DNA from: a virus
Virus record (IMG/VR): IMGVR_UViG_3300027733_000049
Coordinates: 1 to 64,000 of that record
Length of the DNA stretch: 64,000 nucleotides
Reading direction: 5' to 3' (one strand)
This document shows positions 55,671 through 64,000 of the stretch, piece after piece. The notes beneath the pieces were generated by a model that was given only the letters and a program-made list of their open reading frames with translations, had not been told where the DNA came from and ran no database searches. How positions within the stretch are numbered: the first letter of the stretch is position 1; each line of letters starts with the position of its first letter. The position numbers were made by a program, and so were the translations under genes.

Positions 55671-58166
55671 ATGTTGGACAAAGCACTGTATCAGACACCC
55701 GAAGGGTATGGCTCAATGGGACAAGACCCCATTGAAATTGAAATTGAAAACCCTGATGAGGTCAGTATTGGCATTGGTGGTATGGAGATTAATTTAAAGC
55801 CAGAACGTGAAACAGCAGATGACTTTGATGTTAACTTGGCAGAATATTTAGATGATTCATATTTGCAGTCTTTGGGTGAAGAACTTGTAGAAGACTTTGA
55901 TAAAGACATCAACGACCGCAAAGATTGGATGCAGACTTATGTGGATGGTTTGAAGTTACTTGGTTTAAAATATGAGGACAGGACAGAGCCATGGCAAGGT
56001 GCATGTGGTGTATTCCACCCACTGCTCACTGAGTCAGTTGTTCGCTTCCAAAGTGAAGGCATCATGGAGACATTCCCTGCTGCTGGCCCTGTTAAGACTG
56101 TTATTCTTGGTAAAGACACACCTGAAAAAGAAGATGCAGCCACTCGCGTGCGCGAGGACATGAATTATCAACTTACAGATGTGATGTATGAGTACCGTCC
56201 AGAACATGAAAAGATGTTGTGGAATCTGCCAATCGCAGGATCGGCATTCAAGAAGGTGTACTACGACCCAGCCAAAGGCCGTCAGATGGCAGTGTTTATT
56301 CCTGCAGAAGACATTGTCGTGCCTTATGGCGCGTCTAACTTAGAGACATCCCCCCGCGTAGCGCATGTGATGCGTAAGACAGAGAACGAGATTTTGCAGT
56401 TGCAAGATGCTGGGTTCTACATGGACATTGAGTTGGGTGATCCCACACATGAGCTTGATGACATTGAGAAGCAAAAAGCTGAAGAGACGGGCATGTCTGC
56501 GATTGATGATGATCGCTTCCGCATTTTGGAGATGCACGTTGATATTGACTTGCCCGGCTACGAGCATAAGAACAAGAAGGGTAAGCCCACTGGGATTGCT
56601 CTGCCTTATGTAATTACAGTTGAGAAGGGCACTCGTAAGATTTTGGCAGTGCGCCGCAACTGGTACGAGGGTGATGAGCTGCATATGAAGCGCCAGCACT
56701 TTGTACATTACCAATATATACCGGGGTTTGGCTTCTATGGATACGGACTTATCCACCTCATCGGCGGTTACGCTAAGTCAGCGACTATGCTCATACGTCA
56801 GTTGGTTGACGCTGGCACTTTGTCTAATCTACCCGGTGGTCTTAAGTCTCGCGGTCTACGGATCAAGGGGGACGACACACCGATTGCACCGGGTGAATGG
56901 CGAGACGTGGATGTGCCCTCCGGCAGTATTAGAGACAACATTTTGCCTCTGCCCTACAAAGAACCAAGTCAGGTTCTTTACACACTGTTTGACCGCATAG
57001 TTCAAGAAGGTCGTCAGTTTGCGTCCGCTGGTGACATGAAGGTGAGTGACATGAGTGCGCAAGCGCCTGTGGGAACTACCTTGGCAATTTTGGAGCGTAC
57101 TCTTAAAGTGATGGGCGCTGTGCAAGCTCGTATGCACTACACAATGAAGCAAGAGTTCAAACTCTTGAAAGTGATCATTGCAGAGTTCACACCTGATGAG
57201 TATTCGTACGAACCAGAAGAAGGCTCACGCAAAGCACGTAGATCAGACTATGACAGCGTAGATGTGATCCCCGTGTCAGATCCTAATGCGTCAACAATGG
57301 CGCAGAAAATCGTGCAGTATCAAGCTGCACTGCAGTTAGCGCAAACAGCGCCGCAACTCTACAACTTACCCCTCTTACATCGCCAGATGATTGAGGTGCT
57401 AGGCATCAAGAATGCCAACAAACTGATCCCAGTTGATGAAGATCAAGTACCAACAGATCCAATTACTGAGAACCAAAACCTGCTGACAATGAAGCCCGTC
57501 AAAGCGTTTATGGAACAAAACCATGAAGCGCACATCAAGTCTCACATGGCAGCAATACAAAACCCCAAGATTATGCAGTTGATGCAGATGAACCCACAGG
57601 CGCAGGCTATTCAAGCTGCGGCAATGGCTCACATCAACGAGCACATTGCGTTTGAGTATCGTCGTCAGATTGAAGAAGAGATGGGTCATATCCTCCCAAC
57701 AGAGGACCAAAACAAAGCAGTGCCGCCAGAGTTGGCAGATCAGATTGCGTCTATGGTAGCGCAAGCGTCAGAGAAGTTGATGCAGCGCGACACGCAAGAA
57801 GCCAAACAACAACAAGCCCAGCAGCAGATGCAGGACCCAGTTGTGCAGATGCAGATGCAAGAACTCCAGCTCAAAGGTCAAGAGTTGCAGCTTAAACAGC
57901 AGAAGCAACAGATTGATGCGGCAGAGAAAGCCGATCGCATTCGTGTGGAAGAGTCTCGCATTGAGGCTCAGAAACAGATTGCTGCAATGCAGGTCGCGGC
58001 TACAGCCGCTGCAAACAAAGACAAGGCACAACGCCAACAGGAAACTGAAGGCATGCGTATTGGTGCAGAAATCGCCAAGCACAAAGCACAGATGTCTTCA
58101 CAAAACGCGCAACGGGCAGCGCAGTCTAAACAGCCTAGCAAATTCCCTAAAAAGGAAACTGAGTGA
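55671..58166 (+). CDS. Portal protein
   Basis: Follows the terminase; PW.GA.GV.HP.L, GSAFKKVYYD, GFYG.GLIHLIGG; Gln-rich C-terminal barrel-like tail. Confidence 0.85.
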   Translation: MLDKALYQTPEGYGSMGQDPIEIEIENPDEVSIGIGGMEINLKPERETADDFDVNLAEYLDDSYLQSLGEELVEDFDKDINDRKDWMQTYVDGLKLLGLKYEDRTEPWQGACGVFHPLLTESVVRFQSEGIMETFPAAGPVKTVILGKDTPEKEDAATRVREDMNYQLTDVMYEYRPEHEKMLWNLPIAGSAFKKVYYDPAKGRQMAVFIPAEDIVVPYGASNLETSPRVAHVMRKTENEILQLQDAGFYMDIELGDPTHELDDIEKQKAEETGMSAIDDDRFRILEMHVDIDLPGYEHKNKKGKPTGIALPYVITVEKGTRKILAVRRNWYEGDELHMKRQHFVHYQYIPGFGFYGYGLIHLIGGYAKSATMLIRQLVDAGTLSNLPGGLKSRGLRIKGDDTPIAPGEWRDVDVPSGSIRDNILPLPYKEPSQVLYTLFDRIVQEGRQFASAGDMKVSDMSAQAPVGTTLAILERTLKVMGAVQARMHYTMKQEFKLLKVIIAEFTPDEYSYEPEEGSRKARRSDYDSVDVIPVSDPNASTMAQKIVQYQAALQLAQTAPQLYNLPLLHRQMIEVLGIKNANKLIPVDEDQVPTDPITENQNLLTMKPVKAFMEQNHEAHIKSHMAAIQNPKIMQLMQMNPQAQAIQAAAMAHINEHIAFEYRRQIEEEMGHILPTEDQNKAVPPELADQIASMVAQASEKLMQRDTQEAKQQQAQQQMQDPVVQMQMQELQLKGQELQLKQQKQQIDAAEKADRIRVEESRIEAQKQIAAMQVAATAAANKDKAQRQQETEGMRIGAEIAKHKAQMSSQNAQRAAQSKQPSKFPKKETE

Positions 58167-58360
58167 ACGACTACAAAACATTGGCCTATGTAGCCAAAGA
58201 AATTGTAAAACAGCGAGAGACATACGAGACCGCAGTTCAACGCGGTAGCGCTAAAGACTACGCTGAATACAAGAACCTCTGCGGAATAATCCAAGGTCTA
58301 ACGACCGCAGAGTCAATACTTAACGACCTTGTGCAAAAAATGGAGAAAATGGATGACTGA
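58163..58360 (+). CDS. Small conserved head-module protein
   Basis: G.AKDY.EY...CG.I.GL. Confidence 0.6.
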   Translation: MNDYKTLAYVAKEIVKQRETYETAVQRGSAKDYAEYKNLCGIIQGLTTAESILNDLVQKMEKMDD

Positions 58361-58763
58361 ATTTGACGTTGCAGCGGTTGATCTGTCCGGCATTCTTAAT
58401 ACAAATGCTGAACAAAAAGCCAAGCAATTGCCTGAACCTAAGACGTTTCACGTTTTATGCGTTGTGCCAGAAGCTATGGAAGAGTACGCCGATAGCGAAG
58501 TAGGCATCATTAAAGCTGGTCAATCCATGCACTACGAAGAAATACTGACCCCAGTATTATTTGTAGTCAAGCTTGGGCCTGACTGCTACAAAGATCCAAC
58601 CCGGTTCCCTAGTGGGCCGAGCTGCAAGGAAGGTGATTTTGTCATCGTCCGCCCTAATTCAGGCACGCGCCTGAAGATTCATGGCCGAGAGTTCCGCATC
58701 ATCAATGATGATTCAATCGAAGCCGTTGTTGAAGATCCGCGTGGAATTGCCCGCGCTGCATAA
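58353..58763 (+). CDS. groES: GroES-like co-chaperonin
   Basis: P...VL, GII, V..LGPD.Y, K.GD.V....SGT......EFRIINDD.I.AVV; start refined. Confidence 0.8.
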   Translation: MTEFDVAAVDLSGILNTNAEQKAKQLPEPKTFHVLCVVPEAMEEYADSEVGIIKAGQSMHYEEILTPVLFVVKLGPDCYKDPTRFPSGPSCKEGDFVIVRPNSGTRLKIHGREFRIINDDSIEAVVEDPRGIARAA

Positions 58764-58771
58764 GGAAAAAT

Positions 58772-59776
58772 ATGGCACAAGCTGAATTTGAAGGCGAAGA
58801 TTTTGAATTCCCTCATGAGAAGGAAGAAAAAACAAAAGCCGTAAAAGAAGACAATTTCAAGATTGAAATTGAAGATGACACCCCTCCCGCAGACCGTGGT
58901 CGTAAAGCTGCGCCCCCTCCAGAGGACGTTTCTGATGACGAGTTGTCCTCGTACGATGAGAAAGTTCAGTCACGTTTAAAGAAATTTACACGTGGTTATC
59001 ATGATGAACGTCGCGCAAAAGAGACAGCTGAACGCGAACGGCAAGCGGCAGAAGACTTTGCCCGTCAGGTGTTTGAAGAGAATAAACGCCTGAAACAACA
59101 ACTATCACACGGTAGTAAAGCTTTTATTGCAACTTCTAAGTCAGCCGCACAGGTTGAATTGGAGTCCGCTGAGAAGAAATTTAAAGCCGCCTACGAAACA
59201 GGCGACGCCGATGCTTTAACAGCCGCCCAGAAGGAAATTTCCAAGGCAACCTTAAAACTGGACAAAGCGGAGACCATGAAACCAATTGAGGTGGAGAAGG
59301 AACCTAAGTTCCAACCTCCAGCTCGAGAAGAAGCCCAACAGCCTAAAGTCAGCCCACGTACCCAAAAATGGATCAATTCCAACAACGATTGGTTTGGAAA
59401 TGATGATGAAATGACAATGACTGCTATGGGTATTGACAAGAAGTTACAACGCGAGTATGGTGCAGATTATGTTGGCACGGAAGAATACTTCCGTACGGTT
59501 GATAAAACCATGCGCAAACGCTTTCCTGAGTATTTTGAAGATGCTCAGAGCCATGAGGACGAAGATGCCCCGCCTCAAAGAAGAAGGGCAGAACCGGTTG
59601 AAGAGGATGAACCTCCACGCCGTGCAAAATCATCTGCAGTGGTAGCTCCAGCTTCCCGCAGTACTCCACCTAATCGCATTAGGCTGAAGGCATCACAAGT
59701 TGCGTTGGCTCGCAAGCTTGGAGTGACTCCAGAAGAATATGCAAGACAGGTTGCTTTAATTAATAGAGGTGAATGA
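58772..59776 (+). CDS. Putative capsid scaffolding protein
   Basis: Acidic and coiled-coil; W...N.WFG; C-terminal QVALARKLGVTPEEYA. Confidence 0.65.
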   Translation: MAQAEFEGEDFEFPHEKEEKTKAVKEDNFKIEIEDDTPPADRGRKAAPPPEDVSDDELSSYDEKVQSRLKKFTRGYHDERRAKETAERERQAAEDFARQVFEENKRLKQQLSHGSKAFIATSKSAAQVELESAEKKFKAAYETGDADALTAAQKEISKATLKLDKAETMKPIEVEKEPKFQPPAREEAQQPKVSPRTQKWINSNNDWFGNDDEMTMTAMGIDKKLQREYGADYVGTEEYFRTVDKTMRKRFPEYFEDAQSHEDEDAPPQRRRAEPVEEDEPPRRAKSSAVVAPASRSTPPNRIRLKASQVALARKLGVTPEEYARQVALINRGE

Positions 59777-60234
59777 ATATGGCCGAAACACAAAATCGTT
59801 TAAGTCGTGAGTTGGAAACCCGTAAGGCTGCTTACCGCCCAGAAGCGTGGCGTCCGCCTGAAACACTTCCTATGCCCGAGGATCGCCCCGGTTGGAAGCA
59901 TCGGTATATTCGACTCAGTACGATGGGCCAAGCTGATGCCAGCAACATTTCCTCAAAAATGCGTGAAGGATACGAACCCTGCAAAGCAGAAGAATATCCC
60001 GAGCTGATGATGCACGCTGCCACTGAAGGTCGCTTTAAAGGCGGCATTGAGATTGGTGGTCTATTGTTATGCCGAATCCCTGCAGAGTTTATGGAGCAAC
60101 GTGCTAAATATTACGAGCAGCAGAGCAAGTCTCAAGTGGATTCAGTTGACAATAATTTCCTTCGTGAAAATGATCCTAGGATGCCTCTTTTCTCAGAAAA
60201 GAAAACCAAGGTCACTTTCGGTTCTGGTTCTTAA
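59773..60234 (+). CDS. Conserved head-module protein
   Basis: W.PP..LP, G...R.IR, REGYEP, GGLLLCRIP.E. Confidence 0.6.
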   Translation: MNMAETQNRLSRELETRKAAYRPEAWRPPETLPMPEDRPGWKHRYIRLSTMGQADASNISSKMREGYEPCKAEEYPELMMHAATEGRFKGGIEIGGLLLCRIPAEFMEQRAKYYEQQSKSQVDSVDNNFLRENDPRMPLFSEKKTKVTFGSGS

Positions 60235-60250
60235 AATATAGGAGTCTTTT

Positions 60251-61075
60251 ATGGCTTATCCGGTTGTTGACGCCCCTTACGGGCTAAAACCGATCAATTT
60301 GATCGGAGGTCAGGTCTTTGCGGGTTCTACTCGTGATTACCCGATCACTAACGGTTACAGCACGGCTATTTTCTACGGCGATTACGTAGGATTGTCTCGT
60401 GGTGAAATCGTGCGTCTGTCTGTGTCTACTGGCACAGCAGGCAATCAAACAGGTATCTTCTTGGGATGCCGTTACACAAACCCCGTCACTAAACAGTTGA
60501 CTTTCTCGCAATACTGGCCCGCATCAACTGCGGCTGGTGATGCAGTAGCTATTGTTGCTGATGATCCTGACCAAGTGTTCAAGGGTGTTGTTTGTTCTGC
60601 TACTACCGCTGTTGCTTCTGGCGCTCGCGCCATGATTGGCCAAAACTTGGCCATGATTAACAACACAGGTAGCACTACAACTGGCAATTCCAAGAATGCC
60701 ATTCTCGCACCTAACGATACTCCCGCTACTACATCATCCTTGCCCGTTCGCGTGCTTGGTTTGGTGCCTGATACGGCTGTTTCACTTGGAACTGTGACTT
60801 ACACCAGCATTTCTACCGCTACTGTAACTTGCTCGGCTCTGCCGTTTGCGTTACCCGTTGGTACAGACGTTGGCTCGTTGGACTCTTCTGGAAACTATGT
60901 TTCTTCGGGTTCTTTCGTTGACACCGCCGCATCTGCCGGTGCTACATCGTTTATTTTGAACCAAGCTCCTGTTGCTACATTGAACACTACTATTGTGTTG
61001 ATGCAGTACCCAGAGATTCTGGTCAAGATCAACTTTGGTCAGCATCAGTATTATGCTGGTACCAGCATTGCTTAA
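60251..61075 (+). CDS. Putative capsid decoration / minor capsid protein
   Basis: APYGLKP..., IF.GD.V, G.F.GC.YT.P, V.DDP; directly upstream of the MCP. Confidence 0.6.
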   Translation: MAYPVVDAPYGLKPINLIGGQVFAGSTRDYPITNGYSTAIFYGDYVGLSRGEIVRLSVSTGTAGNQTGIFLGCRYTNPVTKQLTFSQYWPASTAAGDAVAIVADDPDQVFKGVVCSATTAVASGARAMIGQNLAMINNTGSTTTGNSKNAILAPNDTPATTSSLPVRVLGLVPDTAVSLGTVTYTSISTATVTCSALPFALPVGTDVGSLDSSGNYVSSGSFVDTAASAGATSFILNQAPVATLNTTIVLMQYPEILVKINFGQHQYYAGTSIA

Positions 61076-61088
61076 GGAGTAACTTAAA

Positions 61089-62000
61089 ATGGCAATTTCA
61101 CGCGCACAACTACTTAAGGAACTCCTGCCCGGCCTGAACGCATTGTTCGGTATGGAGTACGCACGCTACGGTGAAGAACATAAAGAAATTTATGAGACTG
61201 AAACCTCTGAGCGTTCCTTCGAAGAAGAGACCAAGCTGTCTGGTTTCTCTGCTGCACCAGTCAAAAACGAGGGTTCTGCCATCGCTTATGACAATGCTCA
61301 AGAGGCATGGACAACTCGCTACAACCACGAAACCATCGCTTTAGGCTTCTCCATCACGGAAGAAGCTGTGGAAGATAACTTGTATGACTCCTTGTCTGCT
61401 CGTTACACCAAAGCATTGGCCCGTGCTATGGCTTACACCAAACAGGTTAAAGCTGCCGCCGTTATTAATAACGGTTTCAGCGCAGCCTATGTTGGTGGCG
61501 ACGGCGTACCTTTGTATAGCACTGCTCACCCCCTGATCTCAGGTGGTACGAACAGCAATCGTCCTTCTACTGCCGCTGATTTGAACGAGACTTCTTTGGA
61601 AGCCGCCGTTATTCAAATCGCTGCTTGGACAGACGAGCGTGGTCTTTTGATCGCTGCTAAACCAAAGAAATTGATTGTTCCTCCAGCCCTGCAATTCGTT
61701 GCGACTCGTTTGTTGGAAACCAGCCTCCGTGTTGGCACAACTGACAACGACATCAACGCGTTGAAGAACAACGGTTCAATCCCTGAAGGCTACACCATTA
61801 ACCACTACCTGACCGACACAAACGGCTGGTATTTGACTACTGATGTACCTAACGGTCTGAAGCACTTCATCCGCTCTCCTTTGGAGAACAAGATGGACGG
61901 TGACTTCGACACAGGTAACGTTCGTTACAAGGCCCGTGAGCGTTATAGCTTCGGCTGGTCTGATCCGTTGGGCACTTTTGGCTCACCCGGTTCGTCCTGA
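61089..62000 (+). CDS. Major capsid protein (Mu gpT-like family)
   Basis: MAISRAQLLKELLPGLNALFG, S.RSFEEE, HETIALGF.ITEEA.ED, GDFDTGN.RYKARERYSFG.SD. Confidence 0.9.
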   Translation: MAISRAQLLKELLPGLNALFGMEYARYGEEHKEIYETETSERSFEEETKLSGFSAAPVKNEGSAIAYDNAQEAWTTRYNHETIALGFSITEEAVEDNLYDSLSARYTKALARAMAYTKQVKAAAVINNGFSAAYVGGDGVPLYSTAHPLISGGTNSNRPSTAADLNETSLEAAVIQIAAWTDERGLLIAAKPKKLIVPPALQFVATRLLETSLRVGTTDNDINALKNNGSIPEGYTINHYLTDTNGWYLTTDVPNGLKHFIRSPLENKMDGDFDTGNVRYKARERYSFGWSDPLGTFGSPGSS

Positions 62001-62029
62001 TAAATTAAATATTTCTTCGGAAATATTGG

Positions 62030-62053
62030 AAGGGGGCCTTGTGCCCCCTTTTT
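62030..62053 (+). terminator. Intrinsic terminator after the MCP
   Basis: AAGGGGGC-CTTGT-GCCCCCTT-TTT; preceded by a cUUCGg hairpin at 62008-62027. Confidence 0.75.
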
Positions 62054-62076
62054 ATTTGGTGTATATTGACTTTAAT

Positions 62077-62144
62077 CCGGGCTTTCCGGTGCATCAAACA
62101 GTCCCGGCTGACGACATACAGATTGATGCACTTAACTTGTATGT
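62077..62144 (+). ncRNA. Pseudoknotted RNA downstream of the gpT-like capsid gene (candidate Mu-gpT-DE motif)
   Basis: Three interleaved helices: CCGGG/CCCGG, GUGCAUCAA/UUGAUGCAC, ACAUACA/UGUAUGU. Confidence 0.6.
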
Positions 62145-62155
62145 AAGGAATTATC

Positions 62156-62644
62156 ATGGGATTCGCAACTCACCTAGGCCCTTGGCTGCTTGGCACTGTT
62201 AAAAACACTACCGGCACCACTGCTGGCACGATCCGCAACATGGGCGCAACTGTTGTTACACAGACTGGCGTGACCACTGTTAACGATACAACTGCTACTA
62301 CATTGTTTGTGTTGCCCGCTGGCGCAATGATTAACAACTTCCTAGTGAACATTACTACTGCCTACGCAGGTACTACTGGTAACACAATCACTGTGAAGAT
62401 TGGCTCTACAACTCTGGGTACTGTTGGTGGTGCTACCACTACGCCTTTGTCTGTTGGCCGCGCAACGTTCACTATCACTGACGCAAGCATTGCTACTTAT
62501 CAGAGCGTAGGTTCAACTGATGCAATCGTTACAGTAACTTACGCCTGTGCTGGTACAGCCAGTGGCGGTGCAGCAAGTATTACTTGTGTTTACACTGTGC
62601 GCGATAGCGACGGTTCAGCTAATCCTTCGTCTTCTGCTGCTTAA
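62156..62644 (+). CDS. Virion structural (decoration-like) protein
   Basis: Thr/Gly-rich beta protein, LPAGA.I motif; SD AAGGA. Confidence 0.6.
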   Translation: MGFATHLGPWLLGTVKNTTGTTAGTIRNMGATVVTQTGVTTVNDTTATTLFVLPAGAMINNFLVNITTAYAGTTGNTITVKIGSTTLGTVGGATTTPLSVGRATFTITDASIATYQSVGSTDAIVTVTYACAGTASGGAASITCVYTVRDSDGSANPSSSAA

Positions 62645-62652
62645 TTAGTCTA

Positions 62653-62672
62653 GGGGGCTTCGGCCCCCATTT
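62653..62672 (+). terminator. cUUCGg hairpin, weak terminator or stabiliser
   Basis: GGGGGC-TTCG-GCCCCC-ATTT. Confidence 0.55.
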
Positions 62673-62687
62673 ACAAGGAGATTAATT

Positions 62688-62972
62688 ATGATGCAGACAG
62701 ACGTAAAAGCCGTCCATTTGGATGCAAGCGGTGTGGGTTTTGCAGGCCGTACCAGAGTTCGTGGTTATCAAGTTGCTCCCGGCGGTACTGCTGGTGAAAT
62801 TCAATTTTACGATAATGCAACCACTAATGCTGGCAACAATTTGCTAACTCTACACGTTACAACTAACACAGCCGTTATTGCAACATTGATACCCGGTGAA
62901 GGTGTATTGTTTCAAAACGGGTTTTACGTAGTGTTACCAACAAACGCCTCTATCACGGTGTTCTATGGCTAA
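62688..62972 (+). CDS. Virion protein, short homolog of 2..514
   Basis: Shared motifs; lacks the FCCH-like insert. Confidence 0.65.
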   Translation: MMQTDVKAVHLDASGVGFAGRTRVRGYQVAPGGTAGEIQFYDNATTNAGNNLLTLHVTTNTAVIATLIPGEGVLFQNGFYVVLPTNASITVFYG

Positions 62973-63279
62973 GAGTCCAGCATGGCAGAGGAAAGAAGGC
63001 AAGAACCCCAAGGGTGGCTTGAACGCCAAGGGGCGAGCCTCTGCGAAAGCGCAAGGCATGAACTTGAAACGTCCCCAGCCAGAAGGCGGCTCCCGGCGCG
63101 ACTCTTTCTGTGCGAGGATGAGTGGCATGAAAAAGAAGCTAACCAGCGCAAAGACAGCCAACGACCCGGATTCAAGGATCAATAAATCTTTGAGGGCGTG
63201 GAATTGTGCTGATGGTGGTTACGTTTCTGCTGCTGATGGTTGTGCTACCAAAGGCAAAACAAAAGGACGTATGGTATGA
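62965..63279 (+). CDS. Small basic protein, diverged second copy of 507..830
   Basis: Highly similar but non-identical protein. Confidence 0.75.
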   Translation: MAKSPAWQRKEGKNPKGGLNAKGRASAKAQGMNLKRPQPEGGSRRDSFCARMSGMKKKLTSAKTANDPDSRINKSLRAWNCADGGYVSAADGCATKGKTKGRMV

Positions 63280-63473
63280 CTGAACATCACGACACGGCTA
63301 AAGCAGTTGCAGATGGCGCAGCAGTCTTGACGACTATTGGCGTTATGGCTACATGGCTCCCGCCTTTGGCTTCTCTATTTACGATCATTTACCTTGGTCT
63401 TCGTATTTGGGAGTCTGAAACCGTTCGCGGTATGACCAAACGCAAAGGGGATTCAAATGCCAGCGACGAGTGA
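63276..63473 (+). CDS. Small holin-like protein, diverged copy of 827..1036
   Basis: K.VADG.A..T.IG....LP..A.LFTI...G.RI.E. Confidence 0.55.
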   Translation: MTEHHDTAKAVADGAAVLTTIGVMATWLPPLASLFTIIYLGLRIWESETVRGMTKRKGDSNASDE

Positions 63474-64000
63474 AAAACAAAAGCGTTTCATGGACGCCGC
63501 TGCACACAACCCAAAGTTTGCAAAAGCTGTTGGTATACCAACGTCTGTTGCTAAAGAGTTTAGTGGAGCAAGCAAAGGTATGAGTTTTGGTAAGGGCGCA
63601 CCTAGCTCCCGCGCTGAAGTTCAAGCTGTAAATAAACCAAAGACCGACCATGGTGGATCGGCTTTCTTTAAAAAAGGTGGTAATACCATGGCTACAAAAG
63701 GCGTAAACCCATTTGCTAAATTCGAAAAGTCTGGTAAAGACATTGAGAAGAAAAGCATGAAAGAAGGCTCCAAAAAAGAAGAAGCTTTTGATCGTAAACA
63801 AATGATGGGCATGAAGAAAATGGCTGAAGGTGGCATGACAGACAAAGCCCAAGATAAAGCCATGATCAAAAAAGCTTTTAAACAGCACGACATGCAAGAG
63901 CACAAAGGTGGTAAAGGTACAGCTTTGAAATTGGCTAAAGGCGGCGATGCTAAGTACATGTCTTTTGGTTCTAAGGGTCAGCCAGCTGGTATGAAGCCGG
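63457..64000 (+). CDS. Basic virion protein (partial), diverged copy of 1020..1436
   Basis: Hand translation MPATSEKQKRFMDAAAHNPKFAK...KTDHG..AFFKKGGNTMA; runs off the window. Confidence 0.65.
   Translation, partial: MPATSEKQKRFMDAAAHNPKFAKAVGIPTSVAKEFSGASKGMSFGKGAPSSRAEVQAVNKPKTDHGGSAFFKKGGNTMATKGVNPFAKFEKSGKDIEKKSMKEGSKKEEAFDRKQMMGMKKMAEGGMTDKAQDKAMIKKAFKQHDMQEHKGGKGTALKLAKGGDAKYMSFGSKGQPAGMKP

Noticed and set aside
62100-62150. Hammerhead ribozyme based on CUGACGA
   Set aside because: No correctly placed GAAA and NUH elements; the helix topology is pseudoknotted rather than a three-way junction.
62688-64000. Direct terminal repeat or simple circular overlap
   Set aside because: The two copies differ substantially in sequence and gene length.
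1-64000. tRNA genes, integrase, phage RNA polymerase, spanins, specific host assignment
   Set aside because: None recognised by eye; absence needs tRNAscan and HMM confirmation. The host cannot be named beyond a weak proteobacterial hint (IHF sites, sigma70 promoters).

Overview
The window is essentially one complete ~62.5 kb genome of a tailed dsDNA phage with podovirus-like organisation (no tape measure; tail-tube/nozzle-like and large ejection proteins). It is read circularly from inside the structural operon. The + strand block (53.4 kb to the end, continuing 1-29.2 kb) holds terminases, portal, GroES, scaffold, a Mu-gpT-like capsid, small basic virion proteins, tail/fibre and repeat proteins, lysis genes and three ejection proteins. 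The - strand block (29.3-53.0 kb) holds a primase-helicase, SSB-like protein, SNF2 helicase, Cas4-like nuclease, family A DNA polymerase, VRR-NUC, FkbM methyltransferase, a GT60-like glycosyltransferase, an AAA/VWA/DUF3150 triad and many small early genes. No integrase, tRNA or CRISPR array was seen. The last ~1.3 kb repeats the genes of the first ~1.4 kb but as a clearly diverged version, which suggests a chimeric or mosaic contig. Main findings: (1) 16 copies of a 17-bp palindrome TTTCGTAC-N-GTACGAAA confined to the early arm and densest near a putative origin/end region with IHF sites, nested inverted repeats and direct repeats. (2) A non-canonical Hint domain behind a Thr/Glu/Pro-rich tract in an ejection protein, with a possible phage-encoded O-glycosylation system. 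(3) A possible T4-like T/RI lysis-inhibition module. (4) A double-pseudoknot RNA downstream of the capsid gene and two other structured intergenic RNAs. (5) An acidic FtsK-gamma-like domain in the 2161-aa ejection protein. All family assignments come from motif recognition by eye, not database searches.
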